A DNA stretch of 64,000 nucleotides, taken from assembly GCF_009914755.1 (NCBI RefSeq), contig NC_060933.1. One strand, 5' to 3'. How positions within the stretch are numbered: position 1 is the first letter of the stretch; the number at the start of each line of letters is the position of its first letter. The position numbers were made by a program, and so were the translations under genes. This stretch comes from the human T2T-CHM13v2.0 reference genome, Homo sapiens. The notes beneath the pieces were generated by a model. That model ran no database searches. It was not told the origin of the DNA and saw nothing but the letters and a program-made list of their open reading frames with translations. Shown here piece by piece: positions 47,163-64,000 of this stretch.

Positions 47163-48006
47163 TGCTGAAGCTTCCCCTGCTGAATGTTGCCAACATGCCA
47201 AAATTTTGGAAGATACACAATTTGTTGATGGGTATAAGCAATTGGGATTTCAGGAGACTGCTTATGGAGAATTCTTGAGTCGATTGAGGGAAAATCCTCG
47301 TCTTATTGCCTCCTCTTTGGTTGCTGGAGAGAAACTTAATCAGGAGAACACACAAAGTGTTATTTACACAGTTTTTACCTCCCTGTATGGCAATTGCATC
47401 ATGCAAGAAGATGAAAGCTACCTCCTTCAGGTTTTGCGATACTTGATTGAATTTGAACTTAAAGAAAGTGACAACCCTAGGCGACTTTTGAGGAGAGGAA
47501 CTTGTGCCTTCAGCATCTTATTTAAACTTTTTTCTGAAGGACTGTTTTCTGCCAAACTTTTCCTCACAGCCACTTTACATGAGCCAATTATGCAACTGCT
47601 TGTTGAAGATGAAGATCACCTGGAAACAGATCCAAACAAGCTAATTGAGAGGTTCTCTCCATCTCAGCAGGAAAAACTCTTTGGAGAGAAGGGCTCAGAT
47701 AGATTCAGGCAAAAAGTTCAAGAAATGGTGGAGTCCAATGAAGCAAAGCTAGTGGCTTTGGTGAACAAATTTATTGGTTATCTCAAACAGAACACATATT
47801 GTTTTCCACATAGTTTAAGGTGGATCGTGTCTCAGATGTACAAAACCCTCTCCTGTGTAGATAGGCTGGAAGTTGGGGAGGTCAGGGCAATGTGTACTGA
47901 TCTCCTGTTGGCCTGCTTCATTTGTCCTGCAGTTGTCAATCCAGAACAATATGGAATAATTTCCGATGCTCCTATTAATGAAGTAGCACGATTTAATCTG
48001 ATGCAG
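47163..48006 (+). CDS. GAPVD1: GAPVD1 coding exon (844 nt; aa 62-343, RasGAP domain region)
   Basis: T17-AG acceptor; open frame SAEASPAECC...FICPAVVNPEQYGIISDAPINEVARFNLMQ with the RasGAP-like FICPAVVNP motif; donor CAG|GTATGC. Phases match the neighbouring exons. Confidence 0.97.
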
Positions 48007-48154
48007 GTATGCTTTTGCTATTATTATTAACGTGGCATTTAGTTTAAAATTCAGTTGATTGGGCTGTGGGGGTGGGAACAAATAATACGATGACAGTATT
48101 TGTATATTCTTACAACTTTTTCTCAACCAGTCCTAAGTATTTGCATCTTATTAA

Positions 48155-48653
<499 letters not shown>

Positions 48654-48825
48654 CTATTAAAAAAAAAAAAAATTGGCCGGGTGCGGTGGCTTACGCCTGT
48701 AATCCCAGCACTTTGGGAGGCCGAGGCGGGCGGATCACCTGATGTCCAGAGTTTGAGACCAACCTGACCAACATGGAGAAACCCCATCTCTACTAAAAAT
48801 ACAAAATTAGCCAGGTGTGGTGTCA

Positions 48826-48954
<129 letters not shown>

Positions 48955-49103
48955 TCAAAAAAAAAAAAAAAAATCAGAAAAAATGATTAGCTGTTTTTAA
49001 TGATCAGTTATATCACCTTGGGATGTTTAGCAATTCACTGTATAGAAATGCCTGAAATAAAATTTTTAACTTTTTTTAATGTTTATAAATTTAAAAAAAT
49101 TAT

Positions 49104-49207
49104 AATATGGAACACTTCACAAATTTGTGTGTCATCCTTGCACAGGTGCCATGCTAATCTTCTCTGTAGAGTTCCAATTTTAGTATATGTGCTTCTGAAG
49201 CGAGCAC
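49104..49207 (-). pseudogene. RNU6: U6 snRNA retropseudogene (near full length)
   Basis: Reverse complement GTGCTCGCTTCAGAAGCACATATACTAAAATTGGAACTCTACAGAGAAGATTAGCATGGCACCTGTGCAAGGATGACACACAAATTTGTGAAGTGTTCCATATT matches U6 with several substitutions. A-rich tail; TSD AAAATTTTT(A/G)AC at 49059-49070 and 49208-49219. Confidence 0.95.
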
Positions 49208-50243
49208 AAAATTTTTGACATGAAACAGTAGGTTTTTTTTTGTTTGTCTGTTTGTTTTGAGATAGTCTCACTCTGTCACCCAGGCTGGAGTACAGTGGTG
49301 CCATCTTAGCTCTCTGTAGCCTTTGAACTCCTGAGCTCAAGTGACCCTTCTGCCTCACCCTCCTGAGTAGCTGGGACTACAGGTGTGTACCAGCACACCT
49401 CGCTCATTTAAAAAATGTTTTTGTAGAGACAGGGTCTTGCTTTGTTGTCCAGGCTGGTCTTGAACTCCTGGCCTCAGGTAATCCTCCTATTTTGGCCTCT
49501 CAAAGTGCTGGGATCATAGGCGTAAGCTACTGTGCCTGGCCCATGAAACACTTAAATTTATTCTTATGGTAGATAATGTATTTGTAGTTTTTTTTGTTTG
49601 TTTTTTTTGTCATTCCAGTAGAGATCAAATTACATATTTTCAGAATCAGTAAAAAGGGGGCTTGTCCCAGATATTAAGAAGAGGATGTTGTAATAACTTT
49701 CATCATTAGCCTTTAAAAAGAGTGCAGTAACAAATTTTGCCAGTAAGGTACTTGTTCTATGAATTAGTATTTACTTTATCAAACCAGCTTATGTTAGGAA
49801 TCATTTGCTTTTAAATCTAGGGAAAAAATTATACCTTGATTGCTTTGTGAACGCTATAAGGTAATGTTCTTAATATTAACTTAAGGCAATTTAATGAATG
49901 AGTCAGCTTTTACAAATTAATTTAAAAAGCTCTAAACAAATGAAAAGTACAATGTCAGAAACAAATGTATTGTGCTTTTTTTCCCTAATGTTGATATCTT
50001 ATGTGTTAAAGAGAAATTAAAGCAAAAATTTATACTTTCTCTAACTCTTAATCTAAAAATAGTAAAAGCTGACATAAGGTACACATTTTTTGGGGGATAC
50101 TATTTCATATGCCTGGTCAGGTGATATGAATAGTATTATGAAACAGATTTTTAGAACAGAATAGACGTGCTTGCTTTCATAGAGACGTATTTGTGAGTAT
50201 CTGTCTGTAGCTTATGTCTCCCTACCACTGCTTTGGGTTGCAG

Positions 50244-50330
50244 GTAGGCCGCCTTTTGCAGCAGTTAGCAATGACTGGCTCTGAAGAGGGAGATCCCCGA
50301 ACAAAGAGCAGCCTTGGAAAGTTTGACAAA
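50244..50330 (+). CDS. GAPVD1: GAPVD1 coding exon (87 nt; aa 344-372)
   Basis: CAG acceptor 50243; VGRLLQQLAMTGSEEGDPRTKSSLGKFDK; donor AAA|GTAAGA; phase 0-0. Confidence 0.93.
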
Positions 50331-52592
50331 GTAAGAATAAATATGATTTATAGAAAATTCTGAAGTATTAGTGAGCCTAACTGTTCTCTTTATTAAATCT
50401 TGTCCTTAGGTGATATCTAAATTAAATGTTCTTTTAATTAGCTACAGTATTGGATCAGCAGCATTTAAAGATGATTAATTCCCACAGATGTATTGAGGAG
50501 ATGCCGTCGTAAGAGAATCAAAGAGCTGTTAAGATTATTTTATTTTAAAAAGTTTTTTTTTTTTTTTTTTTGAGATGGAGTCTCGCTCCGTCGCCCAGGC
50601 GGAGTGCAGTGGCATGATCTTGGCTCACTGCAACCTCTGCCTCCGGGTTCAAGCAACTCTCTGCCTCAGCCTCCCCAGTAACTGGGATCACAGGTGCCTG
50701 CCACTACACCCGGCTAATTTTTGTATTTTTAGTAGAGACGGGGTTTCACCTTCTTGGCCAGGCTGGTCTTGAACTCATGGCCTCGTGATCCACCTGCCTC
50801 GGCCTCCCAAAGTGCTAGGATTACAGGCGTGAGCCACCGCGCCTGGCCAACTTTTAAATTTTCGAGTCAGTGTCTCACTCTGTTGCCCAGGCTGGAGTGC
50901 AGTGGTGTGATCATGGCTCAAACTCCTGGGCTCATGCAGTCCTTGCACCTTAGCCTCCCAAGTACCTGGGCTATAGGGGCACACCACCATGCCCGGCTAA
51001 GTGTTTTTATTGTTATAGAGACGAGGTCTTGTTATGTTGCCCAGACTGGTCTTGACTCCTGGCCTCAAGTGATCCTCCTGCCTCAGCATTCCAGCGTGCT
51101 AGGATTACAGATGTCAGCCACCATGCCTGGTCGATAATTGTTTAATTTTAAGTGTAGTTTATAAGTTAACATCTATGACATTGTTCAATTAATATAGTTA
51201 AATAAAATTTTAATCAGTCTTACTTTGATTAAGCTGTACATTCAACCAATGAAAATTCAAGGATATTTGAGTAAAATTTCCCTTCCACATCTCATCTCTA
51301 GTCTTCATTCCCTGCCCCCACAAAACATTCTTTTTTTTTTTGAGACAGAGTTTCCTTCTTGTCACAGAGGTTCGCTGTTGTCACCCAGGCTGGAGTGCAG
51401 TGGCGTGATCTCGGCTCACTGTTAACTCTGCCTCCCAGGTTCAAGCAATTCTCCTGCCTCAGCCTCCGAGTAGCTGGGATTATAGGCGTGAGCCACCACG
51501 CCTGGCCCCCAAAAGATTCTTGATGTTATTAGGTTGTTTTTCCTTCTAGAGGTCCATATGTTTACAGGCAAATTCCTACGTACACTATATACTTCCAACC
51601 ATCCCTTCCTTTCCCTTTCAGAAATAGTAGCACAATGTGTATACTGTTCTGTGTTGTGTTATGTTTGTCTCCAACATCTTATTGTTATTTTCTTTTTTTT
51701 TTGAGACAGGGTCTCACTTTGTCACCCAGTGATGCCATCTCAGCTCACTGCAGCCTCGACCTCCCTGGCGCAAGCAGTCCTCCCACCTCAGCTTCCCAAG
51801 TAGCTGGGACTGCAGGTGCGCGCCACCACACCTGGCTAATTTTGGTATTTTTCATAGAGACAAGGTTTTGCCCTGTTGCCCCAAGTGGTTTTGAACTTCC
51901 GAGCTCAAGCAGTCCACCCACCTTGGCCTCCCAAAGTGCTGGGATTGCAGGCATGCACTACCACACCCAGCTCCAAGATCTTAGACTATATCAGTACAAA
52001 AAGAGTTTAATTTTTTTAGGTTGGGTGCAGTGGCTCATGCTGGTAATCCTAGTGCTGAGCGCACTTTGGGAAGCTGAGGTGGACGGATCACTTGAACTCA
52101 GAAGTTTGAGACCAGTCTGGGCAACATGGTGAAACCCCATCTCTACAAAAAATACAAAAATTAGGTCAGGCGGGGTGGCTCACATTTGTATTTTTGGCAC
52201 TTTGGGAGGCCGAGGCGGGTGGATCACCTGAGGTCAGGAGTTCAAGACCAGCCTGTCCAACATGGCAAAACCCCATCTCTACTAAATATACAAAAATTAG
52301 CCGGGCATGGTCGTGGCACCTATAATCCCAGCTACTCGGGAGGCTGAGGCAGGAGAATCACAGTGGGGGAGGAGGTGTGCAGAGGTTGCAGTGAGCTGAG
52401 ATGGTGCTATTTCATTCCAGCCTGGGTAAAAGAGTGAAACTTTGTCTCAAAAAAAAAAAAAAAAATTCAACATCTTAAAAAAATATGATTTTTAAGATGT
52501 TTAAATTTTTTCATGCTTGTCCACCTTAATGAGAAATTTCGTTCCAGTATTTTAAAGGGAAATGTTTCACTGTTTTTTTCCTGTTTTAACAG

Positions 52593-52727
52593 AGCTGTGT
52601 TGCCGCTTTCCTTGATGTTGTGATTGGGGGCCGTGCAGTGGAGACCCCTCCATTGTCTTCCGTCAATCTTCTGGAAGGATTGAGCAGAACTGTGGTTTAT
52701 ATAACCTACAGTCAGCTTATTACTCTG
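52593..52727 (+). CDS. GAPVD1: GAPVD1 coding exon (135 nt; aa 373-417)
   Basis: Pyrimidine tract plus CAG 52592; SCVAAFLDVVIGGRAVETPPLSSVNLLEGLSRTVVYITYSQLITL; donor CTG|GTAATG. Confidence 0.93.
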
Positions 52728-52870
52728 GTAATGGCTTCATTGTTTAAGAGAATTTCTCGAAAGTCTTTTAGCTAAGCGTGAGCAAAAACATACATGAGTA
52801 CATTGTGTGGGAAATACATATTGTATTTGAAAAAGTGATTTCATTAGCTAATGTTCTTTGCTTTTGCCAG

Positions 52871-53060
52871 GTGAATTTTATGAAGAGTGTGATGTCTGGA
52901 GATCAACTGAGAGAAGATAGAATGGCTCTTGACAATTTATTGGCAAACCTACCCCCGGCCAAGCCAGGAAAAAGTAGCAGTTTAGAAATGACTCCCTACA
53001 ATACACCTCAGCTATCTCCAGCAACCACTCCAGCAAATAAAAAGAATCGATTACCTATAG
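52871..53060 (+). CDS. GAPVD1: GAPVD1 coding exon (190 nt; aa 418-481)
   Basis: CAG acceptor 52870; VNFMKSVMSGDQLREDRMALDNLLANLPPAKPGKSSSLEMTPYNTPQLSPATTPANKKNRLPI; donor TAG|GTAAAG (phase 1). Confidence 0.94.
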
Positions 53061-53306
53061 GTAAAGAGAATTTCTCGTATTGGAGCTTTCTCTTAAATCT
53101 AATATTTCATTAGCCTTTGTTATTGCTCAGTGTTTTGGAACATATGTTTAAGTACTTGGGAAAGTCTTTCTCTTCATGTTTACTGATGGTATTTCAGTTT
53201 TTAGAAATCGTATCAGATTAGTTAAGGTTTATCAGTAGTCTTTAGCTTTGCCTACATACTTTTCATAATTAATTGAAGTCATGCTATCCACAGTATACTT
53301 TCTTTA

Positions 53307-53558
<252 letters not shown>

Positions 53559-54374
53559 CTACAAAGTTCTAAATAATATAATAAACAATATTATTTTAGA
53601 AGTTTCCATCAATAAAGTGGAAAATAATAGTATTTTCTATTATTTTCATTAATAATCAGTCTTTTATCAACTGAGCTAAGATATCTTAATGTTACAAAAT
53701 GAAGCAAAAGTTTCATTTTATTTTTTCAAGTTTGTTTATTTAAGAATTCTATTTAATTAAGCCTTATTTGCTTGGTTAACATTTGCTATCTATCTGTCTA
53801 TAAAAAAATTAATTGAGCATATACCATGTTCCATACTGTGGGTAGGCACTTTATAAATGTTGTTTCATTTAATCCCCACAGAAGTCCTGTGAGAGTGGAT
53901 GTGTCTTGCACATGAAGCACTGTGATAGACACTGGATACAAAGACCATTAGGACCTGCCCTTACTGTCAAGTTGGCTGTTGATAGTTTAGTTAGGGAGAG
54001 CAAGAAGAGACTAGTACCCTTCAGCATACTAAGCGTTCTGAGGAGATAAATATGAGGGTTATGGTGACACCTAACTTAGCCAAAATGGTAGTGGTATCAG
54101 GAGAAGATCTTGGAGCAGGTGAAGTCTGTTTGCACTTTGTGATGAATGGGAGTTAGACAAAGTAAACAAGATGAGGAAAAAGTGTTTAAGCCAGGGGAAC
54201 AGGAGTATTTTAGTGCCTGCCTATTTATAACGAGGAACTCAGCAACACTTAGTGAACATAGTTCTTTTTAATTTATGCATTTTGAAGAGAGGGATTTTAC
54301 TTTTAAACTTCTGTGAGCTAATTTTTTAAGAACTGCCAGTTTCTTAAAATTAATCTACCTTATATTTAACGTAA

Positions 54375-54852
<478 letters not shown>

Positions 54853-55106
54853 TGATGAAGTAAATGATTTTTAGTAAATCAGAGATTTTTTCTCCATTGT
54901 TGACTGCTATACATTAGTTTTTTCATTTCCCGTTATCCAAAAGTGTCATTAAATATGAGTCTGATGGAAAGTGAATTTCAAATGTATGCCCAATATTATT
55001 TTGTATAGTCTTGTTACCTGGCTATTGCATTTATTTCGTATCTTAACAAATCTGTCCATTGTTCAGAGGGTTGATTTTCTTTCTATTTAATGCTTTTGCA
55101 ACCCAG

Positions 55107-55187
55107 GACAACAGTTAGCAGCCATCACTGCCTGGGATTCCTCAGCTACCAATATTACCTCTCATATTACACTAGTAACCCCGTTTG
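55107..55187 (+). CDS. GAPVD1: Candidate alternative (cassette) exon of GAPVD1, 81 nt, +27 aa
   Basis: CAG acceptor 55106 and donor TTG|GTGGGT; phase 1-1; stop-free in the GAPVD1 frame: (G)QQLAAITAWDSSATNITSHITLVTPF. Confidence 0.7.
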
Positions 55188-55715
55188 GTGGGTAATAGGC
55201 TGTTCTTCCTCTTCTTTTATAATTTTATTTAAGAAATAGTTTATAAAAGTATGCTCCATGTGCATGTTGCTTTTACTTTATGTAAATTGCTACATAAAAT
55301 TTGATTGCTTGCATTTTTATAAATTATAGTTACAGAGTTTGTTATGATTCATAGATCTGTTTATGAACTTGAATTTAAATTTGCAATTCAGTAAAAGATA
55401 GGGTGAGCAAATAAAGGTATGAGTAGGCCTATTTTAGACTTGGAAATTGATGTGTGCTCTGAATTTTCAGATTAAAAGTGATTAATGAACATTAATCAGC
55501 ATTGTAAAGAAAGGTGATTGTTTATATTTCTGCCTCTGTCTTCAAGTGGGTCAGCTTTCATACAATGTGAAGTTGACTTTTGCTGCTACTATAGTTGTTT
55601 TTGCTTTATGTCTGTATTTTTTATTATTTTGTACCAAAACATAATTTCTATTTAGTATTCTGGTTGTACTGAATTTTATTGTCTTCTGAAAGAAAATAGA
55701 AACTTTTTTTCTTGA

Positions 55716-55892
<177 letters not shown>

Positions 55893-55983
55893 TAGTAGAG
55901 ATGGGTTTTCTCCATGTTGGTCAGGCTGGACTTGAACTCCCGGCCTCAGGAGATCCACCCACCTCAGCCTCCCAAAGTGCTGA

Positions 55984-56253
<270 letters not shown>

Positions 56254-56502
56254 TGATCCACCTGCCTCAGCCTCCCAGAGTGCTAGGATTACAGGTGTGA
56301 GCCACTACACCCAGCAATTATTTTAGAAAAAAATATTTTTCATCTGCTTATACACAGGGGAAAGAAACAAAAATAATTGAAGCCTTTATTAATTTATACT
56401 GTTTCCAAAGCAGAAAGGACCTCTTCTCCAAACATAAATAAATTTTCTCTCTTTTATCTTTGAAAAGACATTAATGCATTTCAGGGGGGGAAGGTACATT
56501 TA

Positions 56503-57285
<783 letters not shown>

Positions 57286-57626
57286 TAAGAAATGAGGTAA
57301 TGCTTTTCTTGTCACTCCAAGTCTTAAATTTATTGTGACATGTTTGCTGTTCTGCAGATGTGATCATCTGTGTGGCACTTCCTGTCAGATGCACTTGGAT
57401 CATTGTTCTTGATTATCAGTTTTGAAGGAGAATCTTTATTAGTCAGTAGAGTAACTGGGAGGATCTGGTTTGTTTTGTTTTGTTTTGTTTTTTCTTATTT
57501 ATATTTTTTACCACTCTTGTGCATGTGCAAATGTTCTGCACTAATAGAAAATATATTCATATTTAGCATACCATTTTCTTCATTTGTCTATTTCTCTAAA
57601 TTATTTTATTTGAAATTTTTTATTAG

Positions 57627-57787
57627 CAACTCGGAGCAGAAGCCGCACCAATATGCTAATGGACCTACATATGGACCATGAAGGATCATCTCAAGAAACC
57701 ATCCAGGAGGTGCAACCAGAAGAGGTGTTGGTCATTTCCTTAGGTACAGGTCCCCAGCTTACTCCAGGGATGATGTCAGAAAATGAG
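57627..57787 (+). CDS. GAPVD1: GAPVD1 coding exon (161 nt; aa 481-534)
   Basis: TAG acceptor 57626; (A)TRSRSRTNMLMDLHMDHEGSSQETIQEVQPEEVLVISLGTGPQLTPGMMSENE; donor GAG|GTATGA. Confidence 0.94.
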
Positions 57788-57821
57788 GTATGAATCAGTT
57801 GCTTCTATAAATCAATATTCA

Positions 57822-58683
<862 letters not shown>

Positions 58684-59503
58684 TAGCCAGGATGGTCTCG
58701 ATCTCCTGACCTCGTGATCCACCTGCCTCGGCCTTCCAAAGTGTTGGGATTACAGGCGTGAGCCACCGTGCCCAGCCATTTTTTTCTTTTTTTTTGACAT
58801 GGAGTGTCACTCTGTTGCACAGCTGGAGTGCAATGGTGCGATCTTTGCTCACCACAGCCTCTGCCTCCTGGGTTCAAGCAATTCTCCTGCCTCAGCCTCC
58901 TGAGTTGCTGGTCTTACAGGCATGTGCCACCACACCCGGCTAACTTTGTATTTTTAGTAGAGACAGGGTTTTGCCATGTTGGCCAGACTGGTCTCGAACT
59001 TCTGACCTCCAGTGATCCACCCACCTTGGCCTCCCAAAGTGCTGGGATTACAGGTGTGAATCACTGCACCCAGCCAATGAATTTAATGCTTAATTCTTTG
59101 TTATCTTCAGTGGTCCCACCATGACACACCATCACATGCTAAGCTCCCTGTGAACAGTTGTGAGGCCCTTCACATTAATACATCTGTGGCACTGAGGTTG
59201 GTGAATAGGTCCAAGCATAAGGAATTTTCCAGGCAGTAGCAGAAGAGAGATGAAGCCAGGAGATTGTGGTATGGAAATTAAAGAGACTTTTCCAGTGACT
59301 TGTAGGAAATGTTTTGTGTTCATTTTCTTTCTAGTGGTATACTAGTAGTATTCCTGCATTATAGAGCCAAAAATATGTTGAGATGTATTTTGAGATACAT
59401 GTTGTATTCTTTGGCTGGTCAGGAAAAAATGGAAGAGATAATGGAAAACTAAGAAAATAAATTTTTTTAAGAAATGGAGTTTGAGGCTTGGGAATCATTT
59501 TTA

Positions 59504-60167
<664 letters not shown>

Positions 60168-60374
60168 TAGCCAGGATAGTCTCGATCTCCTGACCTCGTG
60201 ATCCGCCCACCTCGGCCTCCCAAAGTGCTGGGATTACAGGTGTGAGCCATCGTGCCCTGCCAGTAGCAGCTTCTTATATTCAACAGTGATTGCTTGTTAT
60301 TCAAGAAAATGGGCTAGAAAGAAGAGGCCAGTTTTAGTGATTGATAAAGTGATGGTGGTTGGTAAAGCTGTGTT

Positions 60375-63205
<2,831 letters not shown>

Positions 63206-63805
63206 ACACCCAGCACTTTGGGAGGCCGCTCTCACTGCAGCCTCCGCCTCCCCTGTTCAAGTGATTCTCCTGCCTCAGCTTCCCTAGTAGCTGGGACCAC
63301 AGGCATATGCCACTATGCCCAGCTAATTTTTGTATTTTTAGTAGAGACAGGGTTTCACTTTATGTTGGCCAGGTTGCTCTCAAACTCCTGACCTCAGGTG
63401 ATCTGCCCACCTCAGCCTCCCAAAGTGTTGGGATTAGAGGCGTGAGCCACTGTGGCCAGCTAAAGTTTTTTTAGCACTCAGATTCTGTGGTTTTAGTTTA
63501 ATCCAGAGTTTGCAGATGCTCTGATTTAGAAGCATGAAATTAGATTTTCGTATTTTATACTCCAGTGTGTATTTTGTATTTTATACTCCAGTGTGACTGA
63601 CTTTGTACAGTGGCTTTCTGTATGGCGTCTCAAAATTGCTTGCCTTTGGATATGATTTGGAAAAAATATCTTCATTGTGTTATATAATCCCTTTTCTGTT
63701 AATTCACGTGAATCTCCAGACCTTGAAATGATTTTTCTCCTGATGTTTTAGTTTCACATCACTCACTATGGTGAATAGTTTAAGTTATCTAATTTAAAAT
63801 ATTTA

Positions 63806-63958
<153 letters not shown>

Positions 63959-64000
63959 TCACACCTGTAATCCCAGCGCTTTGGGAGGCTGAGGCAGAAG

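Noticed and set aside
49104-49207. Functional U6 snRNA gene
   Set aside because: Multiple substitutions, an A-rich tail and a TSD, with an Alu directly upstream instead of PSE/TATA, indicate a retrocopy.
57358-57450. Possible poison exon (CTGCAG acceptor 57357, AGA|GTAACT donor, in-frame TGA)
   Set aside because: Both splice sites are weak and there is no independent support from sequence alone.

Overview
Primate (human or very close great-ape) genomic DNA containing the promoter and 5' part of GAPVD1 (GAPex-5/RAP6; RasGAP + VPS9 domain Rab5/Rab31 GEF) on the + strand. It has a CpG-island promoter at ~5.9-6.6 kb, three inferred non-coding 5'UTR exons (ending 6272; 14058-14106; 40464-40580) and six constitutive coding exons. 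These run from the ATG at 44126 to 57787 and splice into one open frame of 1602 nt (534 aa, including the RasGAP region); the gene continues beyond the window. A frame-preserving 81-nt candidate cassette exon lies at 55107-55187. The introns are extremely Alu-rich and hold three antisense retrocopies (RPS10, RPL41, U6), DNA-transposon fossils (MER1B, Charlie4a-like, Tigger3-like, MER58A), L1/L2/CR1/MIR fragments and an MLT1 LTR. Nearly all other ORF-track entries are Alu/L1/L2 read-throughs, not genes. There is no evidence of a new protein-coding gene. The most notable unexplained signals are a splice-controlled uORF arrangement in the 5'UTR (with a perfect donor 2 nt inside exon 2), the cassette exon, a built-in stop codon for back-spliced circles, a homogenised inverted-Alu palindrome and a template-switch scar in an L1. 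Repeat family names come from recalled consensus sequences, not from a search, and repeat boundaries are approximate.
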